From: Takakia lepidozioides
Lineage: Eukaryota; Plantae; Bryophyta
Assembly: GCA_030704615.1 (NCBI GenBank)
Contig: CM060731.1
Location: forward strand, 18,104,001 to 18,168,000
Direction: 5' to 3'
DNA length: 64,000 bases
Within the stretch, counting starts at the first letter, position 1. Each line of letters opens with the position of its first letter. Below the pieces are notes generated by a model that was given only the letters and a program-made list of their open reading frames with translations, searched no databases and was not told where the DNA came from. The position numbers were made by a program, and so were the translations under genes. Of the stretch, positions 16,726 to 27,600 are shown in pieces.

Positions 16726-17669
16726 TTAAGGATGGTGGCTTTTAAGTTGGATGAAACAAGTATGTATCATTACCAACCACCTTAAAATATGTGGATACAA
16801 GGTTGAGTCATAATGAATTTTTGGTGCATATATATATTTTGAATGTTACGTATGTATGATACTTTGACTACACACCGGCTCTAACTGGTCATCCCATTAT
16901 GGATGACCAACTATAGCCGGTCCAATATTTTGAAATAAAATATATCTCAAAAAATTTCCCCAATTTTCTAATGATTGTTTTGTTTGATGTAGTGTCCCGT
17001 GGGATGAAGGCCTCGAGCTGATAGCTCCATCCCGTCATCCAAAAATGAAAATGCAGAGTAGTTTTTTTTTAATTTGCAAAGGGGCCTAAATTTGGGCTGC
17101 ACTGCCAACGGTGGCATTTTGTAGGATGTAACCCAATTGGACTGCAAATTTGCAGATGCGAAGCCAACGACACTACGGCGTGAGCGTTGGCCGTTAGCGT
17201 TGAGCCCACGCTCATGCCACATCAGCGTGAACTGACACAACCAATTACGACAGAAATGGCACCTATATTCGGGGGGCCTATAACCGTGGGATCTTTCCAA
17301 TTTATTTTGACAAATTTTGTTGCCTTTTCAATGAAACCGACACTATATATATAAAAATTGAAAGAGACTCCACTACACCTATACTGATTGTTGCGTATAC
17401 ATTTGTTTGTGTCTTACTCTCAAATAATTGCATCATTTTAACACTGGTTGTTTGTTTACTACTATTCAACGTCGCACTGGGAATGTTGTACTTGATCAGA
17501 TACATCCACAACACTCTTTGATATTAAAAGCGTAGTAATGAAATAAAAAATTTCAAACATACAATGAAAGTAATAGTGCATTTGCATCCTCATATGTTCC
17601 AATTATGCATACAACAAACACTAGACCTCAGCCGGTAAGTAAGTTGTGCAATGCCCAAGTGGTCATACG

Positions 17670-17900
17670 CTATGTGCTACTATCACGCTGCAGAAGTGTG
17701 TCGATCTCGTTGTGACTCACAATGGCTTGGTGAATATAAAAGTCTCGTTTGGGATCACAAATCATCTTCTTCAGAAATATGCAATACAAGTGCTTGCATA
17801 GGACGAATTTTCCTCTTTTTCCAAAACTAGTTGACTGCATGCCAACAAAATCGGGACACGCGCAATTTGGAAAATTTGACACTGTAATGTCATAGGGCCC
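17670..17900 (-). pseudogene. SWIM zinc-finger fragment, probably transposon-derived
   Basis: CACPDF-x15-CKHL matches the CxC-xn-CxH SWIM pattern; no intact gene or clear termini nearby. Confidence 0.55.
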
Positions 17901-19074
17901 TTGTCCTGCAAAACAGATGTCGTGTGATTATTGTGTACACCCGACCATATCCCGGATGCGGAACTTCCATCGTACCTCTAGTCGAACGTGAAGCATTCTT
18001 GCAGATTCGACCTTGCCAAAGTGTTATGCAGTTGGAGGGAAACGTCCAAACATCTTTCCATTCCATTTAGTGGGGTAAATGAGCTCCATGAGAAGACATT
18101 TGAGAACTACCAGGTTTCGGAGCACCTATAGGGACAATGGGGCATCTAACATTTACATGTATCAAATGTTGGATTGCAAACGGACAAAGCATGTCTAAGC
18201 CATGGACTTTTGAAACCAGATTCTGATCACTGTCTTTTCAACCATATTAAGTTTATGGACTCTAGAGAGGTCATGTGCACTTTCCAATTGCTCTAAAATA
18301 TTGAATGTTGGGGGCCAGTTTTCTGGACATTGTAATGATATGTTTATATAGACAAACTGATTTGTCATTTTGAACCTATCGACTAAATTATACACAAAAA
18401 ATCACATTTCTTCAAAAGTCCATAGCCTCTTCTCTTTTGTTCTTCTTTTGTGTTACCTTTTACTGAAAGGGTATAGGTTCTTGTTATCTCGAATGGCCCC
18501 AACAAATATGGATAAATAAGTCATGAAATCTATGTCAAAACATAACCCTGGTGGCAAATTAGCTATGCGAAGCTTCGGTGGACCGATAGAAAATTTTGTC
18601 GTAGGTAGCAGGTAGTGTGGACCCCATCATTTGAGGGGTTGGATGGACTTTCATGGACATCACCATCTGTCGTTTTGGGTTCACCCTATACATTTACCGA
18701 GCATAACAAGCATGTAAGAGGAGCAGTCCACTTTAGCAAAATGTAGTATAAATCGCTGTAGTAGAATGCTAAACCCAAAAAGGTCCTTAGCAATTATTAT
18801 CTTTTGGCGGAGGGTATTCTCATATTGCTTTGCTCTTCCCAGGGCTTATACGAGCGGTGGACAAACACTATACACCTTGAACATACACAGTGCATATGTT
18901 GAGCCAAATTATAATCACCACAAAGAACCCAAGCCCGAAGCTTTTAAACCTAACCTATACAAGTTTGCTAAATGGCTACGATCCATTGACTGTCCATCTC
19001 AACCAATCTCCATCACTTATGGCAAACCACCTCATTCTAAACTCAATCATACACTAGCTGTTAGAGTAAGACAA

Positions 19075-19487
19075 TGTCATGGTTTTAGTCATGGTTAACT
19101 AGAATTACCTACTTCTAGTTAACTAGGACATTTTGGATATATAAATGTGTATTTTGTGTGTTGGGACTTCATTTGGTCTCACATGCCAAGTGAGGTGTCA
19201 AGCCTCACTTGGGACATGGGGATAGGTTTTCCCCTTGTGAGGATAGAGGATGCTCATCTTCTTGTAGTTGAGCCTCCATGAGCCTCTCTCAACTCCATAG
19301 CTCTAGGTATTGAGAGGGAGTGTGTTGAGGGCTCTGTAGGGTGGATTCCCTTAGCAAGGGTGCCCTTGGCTTGACTTAGTTTATGTGATAGAGTGGATTT
19401 CACTTGGAAGGACTAGGGCTTGTTTTTAGTGTGATGCTTTGAGAGCTTTCATTGTCTTCCACTTCTCTTATTTCTCATCTCTTATCA
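19075..19487 (+). repeat. Terminal repeat A1 (5' LTR part)
   Basis: Direct repeat of 54586-55000 with a TATA-like GATATATAAA at ~19136-19145. Confidence 0.92.
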
Positions 19488-19554
19488 CTCCAAGAAGATC
19501 AGCTTATGCTTGTGAGTGCGGAGTGTAAGAATTAGTTTTGCATTTGTATGTTAA

Positions 19555-20933
19555 AGAGGTTGAGAGCTAGGAACCAGCCTTGGATGGTTCCACCTCCATG
19601 CAAACGTTCCCTCCTCTCATTGCTGAACAAGGTTATTGTATCTTGCCTCCCACTCATGTATGGATGGGTTGTTCTTCAGTATGAAGTCATGCGCTTGCTC
19701 AATCACCATGGTCGACAATTTTACCCTCTACAATTTTTTGGGCAAAACGATGTCCTTGGTTTGTGCATTCAGACTCTGCTGGGTAAATGGCTCCCTCGTT
19801 TTGTGGGTCCTGAAGGGGGATGGTGGAAACTGCTGGTCTCCAACAATATTTCCACTAGTTCTCCTCTCACGGCTGTCTCATGGGCCCCTTCCACTCGTTG
19901 GATCTCCCAAGGTTTTAGACACAAAACCTCGGGGTCCCCCCTATGGGCCTCTATCTCGGGTTCTTCCTCTTCCTTCCACATCCGAGGAGCTTCCTCATCC
20001 ACCCTTGCCATGTACTCCGTGCAATAGAACAACATAGACGCCTCCGCCATGCTACCCTCCGGGTGCGCCATTTGTCTTACAAATGCAACGCTCAAAGAAG
20101 TACATCCACCGAGAATGAATGGGGCCAGCAATCGAAGCCTCTTCCACTAAGTGCATTATCAAGTGCACTTGGATATCAAAGAAAGAGGGAGGAAGGTTCA
20201 TCTCCAACATACACATTACCTCCGCCGCCTCCTTCTTCATGCTTTGAAAATGCTTCCTCCAACTCTTTGGAGCAAATCCACTGGAACAAGCCTCCCAATC
20301 TATACATTGTCTCGCAAACCTTGGGAGTCAATGTCCCACGAACTGCAATGGGCAAAATGTCTTGCAAAATATTGTGGTAGTCATGAGATTTCAAACCATG
20401 GACCCCGTCGTCTTCGCTGAACTTCATACGGAGGGATGACCCATAACCAGTTGGTGTTCGGATAGCACTTATGGTGGCTATCACTTTCTTGTATTCTTCA
20501 TTTGTCCATTGCCAAGGTGCGCGCCTATACTTCCACCGTACAACACCCTTGGGGTCCACACCATTTTGTTCGGCCCATAGACGGCGCATGCGACCCTGCT
20601 CCTCAAGCTCCTTTCTAACACCAAGAGAATCTCTTTTTGCAGCCACTCCCTTCTTTGCCGGCGTGCCATGAAGAACTCGAAAAAAGGACAAACAGACATT
20701 CTTCTCAATATGCATGGGATCTAGAAGATGACGAATCTTCAGGTCCTACATATACCCCCACCCGCAAATACTTACACAAATATTTTGACATGAAAGTTAC
20801 AATGTAACTCATACAAAATGTGCAATATCATATGCATGCATAAGGATATTGATGGTGTTTTTGTGGAATATATACCACCCAATATGGCAACTCGTAAAAG
20901 ATTGAAAGTCGCTTTATGCCGGGCATCTGTTAA
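19555..20933 (-). pseudogene. CACTA (En/Spm) transposase fragment, antisense inside the retroelement leader
   Basis: LDPMHIEKNVC, GLKSHDYHNILQ, LPPSFFDIQVHLIMHLVEE, RWMYFFER and PEGSMAE (TNP2/DUF4218-type motifs); retains an intron-like gap at ~20748-20875; no TIRs. Confidence 0.85.
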
Positions 20934-21539
20934 GGTATCAACATTGAAAGGACTTAGTGAAATTTAAGGGCCTTTAGAGGACTGTTTGGAAGATATTTGA
21001 GGGCCCTTGGAGGAGTGTTTGGAGGATTTTTGGGGTCCTTGGAGGAGTATTGGAGGACCCTTCGAGGAGCTTCGGTGGACAATGTTGAAGAGCTCTTGAA
21101 GGATTGATTGAGGGATATTTGAAGAATACTTGCCACGGCCATACAAGCGAGTGGATAGAGACAGGAGGGAGAGTGGTGGGATGAGAGCATTCTGGGGTTA
21201 GGAATTGCTTTAGTTTCTCTTCCCCATAGTCTTTCACCCTCTGTGTAGGCCAAAACCTTTCCGTAGATGGAGGCAAGAGTCAGTCCGGGTTTGGGCTGGG
21301 GTGTCCTTGCAGGAGCGACACTGTGGAGTGTTTTTGGTGTGGGGGAGTTACTGTCTTGATTTTCTTGTGTTTGGATCCCCTCCACACCTGCATGCTTGAT
21401 TGTGCGTCATGTTAGCTTTGTGTGGGCGCTTGTTTTCATAGGAGGTTGGTTCGGATTTGATCACCGGCCAATCCTAGAGTATTCTGTCGGTGGTGAGGCT
21501 GGAGTGATGACCAGCAAGACCGCCAGTGTTTCTTCTATG

Positions 21540-22876
21540 GTGAGGTTGGGTTGATGACCAGCAGACCATAGGAGTGTTTGCGGTGGATGCAGGTGCAGGT
21601 ACAGGTCTACGTTAAAAACCTATTATTCCTGCTTGAACCACTAGCCGCAACAGGTTCTCTACCCGGTTACCTTGTGAAAAGTGGGGATCCGTGCCATTGT
21701 TGTGGGACACAATGGAGGAGATGTATGGAGCTACCAAGGGGCCACATAGGTACTCTGGAGCTATGGGCACCATCGAGCTTGATGACTTCATACAAGAGTT
21801 TGACAGTTGGTGTGATTTGTAGCAAATGCGCAATCCACAACTGTTTACGCCCTTTATAGCGCGGAAGGGGCTATTCCAGCACCTTGAGGGGCCATCCATG
21901 GATGATTACCCTGAATTTAGGCGGGGATATGCGGTGGAGATTGAGGAGTGACGAGAGTATTGGTCACCTAACTATGTCTCCATCACTAGAGGCACAAGGG
22001 CAGCAACGACACTAGCAGCTACACAAACATCTCCAACTGCAAGCACTAGTAGTGGGACAAGTGGTATAGGAGCTGGGAAATCCACTCAAGCTCCTGCTGC
22101 AGCACTAGCACCCGTGCCTGCCTTTAACCCAGTTGTGGAGTTCTTCAAGGAGTTGAGGAGAAACTACCAAGGGATAACGACAGAGAAGTTGCGGAGCTTG
22201 CAATAGTTCCAACGAAGGCCTACTGAGAGTTTGAGGGAGGCTTACACTCGCATGAGGCGCTTGATAAATGTAACCCAAGGGATTACAGAAGCTCAGGTAG
22301 TCCAATTTTGATATAGGATCCTGGACAAGGAGCTGAGGAGAAGGGTGCGGGATGCAACTCTCCTACAAGTAGCCCAACCCACCTTAGCAAACGTATTTTT
22401 GCTGGTAGAGCGGATAGAACTCAATATGGTGGAGGAGCGGGTGGTTATGGTGGGATTTGGCAAGGTGACACAACGAAGTGGAGTTCCTAGCCAACAACAA
22501 TCAACTCCCCAACATGCTCAAGGCAATAAGGGGGCTCAGATGAAGCCTAGGGAAGGCCATACAAGATCTCAGATTCAGAGGTCTCTCCCTTCATTCTCAG
22601 GCCAGCAACAGACGAGTGTGTCATGCATGTTGGGATTGTGGAGGACCCCATATCAAGAAGGATTGCCCGGAGAGAGACAAAGGGCCGGCACATGCACAGC
22701 CTACACAACTACACTGTGGGCATTGTGGAAAGTATGGGCATGAGGAGGCCCATTGTTATGACTTGCATCTTGAGCTACGGCCAGGCCAGTTCCAAGGAAA
22801 CAATGGTGGCCGAGGACGAGGCAATGTAGTCCAGAGAGGTAGAGGAGGTAGCACAGGGTCAGGGTCAAGGTCATGA
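21540..22876 (+). pseudogene. Retrotransposon gag (degenerate) with two zinc knuckles
   Basis: FQRRPTESLREAYTRMRRL (gag major-homology-like), knuckles CWDCGGPHIKKDC and CGHCGKYGHEEAHC, then an RGG-rich tail; in-frame stops. Confidence 0.8.
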
Positions 22877-23619
22877 CCAAGGCATGGTAGATAGACTTGC
22901 CCAGCTAGAGCAACATCTTGCTGCCATGGCCATTACTCATGTTGTACCAGCTCCAAGGCCTGAGGTTCAACCCACCTGCACAACCTCCTATGCCTAGGGA
23001 AGACCAGATTGGTATGGGCTTCATGTGTGGAGCCGCACTTGCAGGGCCATTGCATGTATTGGACTCTGCTGTTGCTGTCACTCGAGCAGCAACGCGTGCT
23101 CCTAAGCCAAGAGGAGCGGATGTGGATTTTGATCCACAAAGGGGGGAAGCAAGTCATCAGACAAGGCTTCCACAGTCCTTTACATTGGCTAAGACAATGC
23201 CAACTACGCCATCGATGGCACCCGCTCGCCCAAATGTGTCAGAGGTAGAGCCACGAGTGTCATTGGGGAGAGTAGGTGTGGCTCGGGAAATGCCAGTGGG
23301 TGGTGCTGCAAAGCAAGGTACAGCCAGTACATTGTTAGGGGCGGCTACGGCTGTTTGTCAAGCTCCATTGTTTTCTGCAATGACCATTGCAATGTCGAGG
23401 ATTCGGCCAGCTGCTGTGTTCAGACTAGCAGCTAGACTCTGTGAGAGTGGTGATGCATCGGCACTATCTGCGGAGATAGCAGATAAGGTGCACTCTATGG
23501 ATGCTTTGGATTCGAGGGTGAAGTCAGCCACAGCTGCGCCATGGAAAGCAGCAGCTATAAGGTTGCAGGAGTTGCCAACTAGGCCAGCCAGCACAGCATG
23601 GTGACTCCTGGAGTAGTCC

Positions 23620-24040
23620 TGGTGGACAATCACGATGGAGTGTTTCAGTTGGGTGGTCCAACCGAGAGGAGGTATAGGCCACTGCGGGTTTGTTGGACTC
23701 GGGAGCACAGCCTTTGATATTGGGGAGAGCAGCAATTGCAGGCTTAGGCCTTACAAAGGCAGACTTGGAGCCTTGCCCTTTCCAAATTCAAACATCTTTG
23801 GGTGGTTCAGAGAAGGCGCGAGGGATTACAGGCCATGAGCGCTTCATTTGACTTCAGCCGGATCATCCTACGGACGGCTCACTAAAGCTATTGTTACGGA
23901 TGCGATGTCCTATGATGTGTTTGATGGTGGGGCTGTGTTGTACCCCATGGGATTTACTCTGGACTTTTGGGAGGAAACAGCATCCTACAAGCCGGAGTGG
24001 CAGTCAGGGGATGGCCGACGTGCACTGCTCCCAGTGCGGT
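23620..24040 (+). pseudogene. Retroviral-type aspartic protease (degenerate)
   Basis: LLDSGAQPLILG at ~23690-23725 and downstream YDVFDGGAVL (an ILG-equivalent motif). Confidence 0.75.
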
Positions 24041-24399
24041 TTATTGGGAATGTAGCGGTGGATCATAGGAACATGATGCCCATATTGGCTGCATTCTCAG
24101 GGGTCGTGGCTTGGGGTGGTGAGCTCTTGGAGGGTAATAGCCATGCAGATGATAGGCCACCATCTGATGAGGACAAACAACTGGCATACAAGGCTGAGTT
24201 GCTTCCTCATGTGCCTGTTCATATTCCACTGTGGGGTACGGTTGGGAATTTGTAGCGAGTAGCAGACGAGTGTGTGCACCAAACATGGCATGAGGCTTTT
24301 CCATTGATGAATGAGGAGAGTTTAGTGACATCACCTGGACCTCCTCAGTTAGCTCATTTGGACACAATGCCCATTACCTGGCAACCACCTGACTCAGGG

Positions 24400-24668
24400 A
24401 TTTGCTTGCTAGACATGTTTGGAGGCATGAGCACTGGGCTTAGAGGAGTGTTGTAAGCTGGGATTAAAGTACGAAAGTACTTGTATGTGGAGAAGGATGA
24501 GATAGCTTGGCGTATTTCTATGCGCCACGTTGCCTTGCTCACACACCAGTATCCTGAGTTGCTACCTCTCTCAGCAATTCAATGGTACCAAAAGGCCTTG
24601 CTAGCAGACATTACCTTGCTGGGGGCGGATGATTTGGGCCGGCATGGTGCAATTGACTTGGTGATAGC
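24400..24668 (+). pseudogene. C5 cytosine methyltransferase, N-terminal half (motifs I-III and start of IV)
   Basis: ICLLDMFGGMSTG (I, SAM-binding FxG), YLYVEKD (II), ADITLL (III), IDLVIA (start of IV); cut by CACTA-1. Confidence 0.85.
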
Positions 24669-27600
24669 CACTAGAAGCATTCGTGTCTTTTCCGAATCGA
24701 CTACATGTCCAAAACCACTGAGGGAACAACTTTGAGATGTTTGTTACTACTGCACAGTCGTAACGGATAAATTCACATTTCTAATGGCGGATAGAAGTTG
24801 CATCAATGAATCCGCAGTCGACACAATATTCGCGGCGATTTAATTCAATTACGTAAATTGTTTTTTTTTTTAAACAGCAATTACAAGTGGTTTTAAGCAC
24901 TAGAGAACGACTCTTAACAACTAGGCATTCATTGCACACCCTATTCAAAAATGGAATTTTTATAAGTGCTCCACATGACTCATGACGTGGAATATTTTAA
25001 TGTATTTTAGGGCTTGTGTGGCTCGTAGAGATTGTTCTAATCGTCGGATGTAAAATGATCTAAGGGTGGAAGAGTAACTTCGTCCTTTGCCTGAATTTGT
25101 CTAAGTGTTGGGAGAGGGATGGAGGCTTGAGAGAGAGACGAACAAGTGATGCGAGAAGGACGAAGACCAAATCGAGGCCCATGTCCTGTTGTTGCAAGCG
25201 TTTATGGCGTCAAGGGCGCATTATGTGCAAATGTGGGCTCTTGGCTCCCCTTTGTACCATGATTTGGTATTCTTCCTGATGATTACAAGGTTGTGGGAAT
25301 CAGCTTGGTCTTAGCAACCCATATTTTAATCTCTGCCCGCTCAGCTGCACCGTGGTGGTTCTTACGAACCAATCCCACATTACCTGACTAGAGATACAAG
25401 CAGCACGCACAAGAGGTCTTCTTGGGTTCATGGTCAGTCTAATCCGCAATGGGTCATGACACAAGGTAGAGGACAATGTGGTGAGGGCACCTTCTTCTTC
25501 GAGCTATTTCAGCCTGTTTTGCCGAGATGTAGTGTCGTGGAGTGCGATGCTTGCAGGTTATGTACAGCAGGGACGTGGGATGGAGGCTTTGGAGACCTAT
25601 GAAGTTGCGAAGGGAGAGTTTGATAACATGGCTGAACAAGATGTTGTCTCAAGGAACACGCTGAATCTCGCAAGATATGGCCAGCATGTGTGCGGGATGA
25701 GGGCATTGGAGACATATGAGCAAATGTTGAGAAGAGGTGCAGCCTGACCGGGTCACGTTCATTTGTGTTTGCAATGCATGTGCAAACCTGGCAGCCCTGG
25801 AGACTTGGTAAAGGGCAAAGAGGTCCATCGTGACATTGTCAAAGCTGGAACTGTACCAGATGTAACAATACCTCGTCGACATGTATGCCAAACGTGGGAG
25901 CATTCCCTTGTGGACAAGGAGTGTTTAACAATATGGCTGAGCGAAATGTGGTGTGGTGGAACGTGATGATCGCAGGACATGCACAACATGGGCGGGGATT
26001 GCGGGTTTTGGAGACCTATGAGCAAATGATGTGGGTCTAGGGGGTGAAGCCCGAGCACATTACGTTTGTTTGTGTTTGTAGTGCATGTGCGAGCCTGTTG
26101 GAGAAGGGCAAAGAGGTCCATGGTTGCATCGTCAAAGCTGGAATTGTGGTAGATGTCATTCTGAACATGAATACCCTTCTAGATAGGGAGTGTTCAACAA
26201 TATGGCTGAGCGAAATGTGGTGTCGTGGAAAGCGATGATCGCAGGACATGCACAACAGGGGCGGGGATTGTAGGTTTTGGAGACCAGTTGATGTGGGAGG
26301 GGGTGAAGTCCAACCACATTACGTTCAGAGAGTTCAAATGCCTCTCCACCATGACCTTGCTTAGCTAACCATGCCTTGTTGATGTTGTTGTCTTGCACTT
26401 GAGCTGTTTTTGGACACTGGCTGGAACATCCACAAGGCGGCTCTGCTCGAGAGAGAAATCAGCTTGAATGCAGGGGCAGATTTTGAGATCATAATCGCCA
26501 CTCAGAACGTTGTTCTTTGCACCGGCATGGCATGTCAGCATGCATATCAGCCCAAACTCATTACTCCGTGAGCCTTCCACTGCTGGAGTGTGCCCATTCA
26601 AGCCAGATCTTCAAAACGCAGGGATGGAACGGGGTTTTGAAACCAGCATTGCCTAATTGGATACCCAATTCAGCTCCGCATCTTGGTCCATTGATCTGCT
26701 GCACATTGTGAAGTTTTCTGCCCGTTCACCGCAAGTTGAAGAAGGAGTATTCTTAAAACACGGGTACTCATAATCTGAAAATGGCTCCAGCTTATGTTGC
26801 TTGAGTGCGGATATGAGTGTGGTTGGCTTGGCAGCTTTACATCTGGTCCATCCCACTCGATATGATGAGCAGGTTCAGCTTGACTTCTCTCACACAAAAG
26901 ACGCTGCCAAGATGGGGTTTGCTGCCCTAGATGACTTCTCGTCGTTGTTCTGGGCTGCAACATACAATTAATCTGGCCCATGGCGAGGGGCCTTGCCTTC
27001 CACCAATCATCTGTAAGTCCTGTGAAACTGTTTTTGTGGCAGTTTCTAAGCAGTGGGCAGCGATGGTGGGCTGTTGTAGGATTTGATGAACTCAATGCCG
27101 TGTACTGACAGCAACCCCTCATCTCTTATGCAAGCATTCAACAAGCCAAGTTGACTGCAGAGCATATTCAGCCCCCCACGTTTCTAGTTGCCTAATGTTC
27201 TTCATCTCCTGGGCAGAGCATTTTCCAGGGTCTCCATCTGTGATGACACACTATCTTCTCATGTGGTTCAGCGTTTGGTCTTGCTCTTGTTTGCACCACC
27301 CCCAATGAAGGGCAGTTCCCACCTGCTTGATTCTCTCTATATGGTTGTCTTGGGTCTTGGCAGGGTTTCCCACAACCGCCTTTCCTTTTCAGACTGCCAG
27401 TCATCAGCCTCGTTCTCCAATGCTTCACTTTCTTCCCAAGTGAAGTGCTCTCCTCTTTTATGCTTCAACGTCCCTGCATATGTCTTTTCCTTCATCTCCC
27501 GTGGTGCTTTCGAATGAATGAGCACTGATTTACATCTGTTGGCAACATTTACGGTGTCCCTTTCCTTGCATGCCACTGCAGGCTCGCATTGACTTTCTTG

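Noticed and set aside
20954-21385. Ser/Pro-rich ORFs in the retroelement leader
   Set aside because: Produced by short GGAGG-type tandem repeats; no domain similarity.
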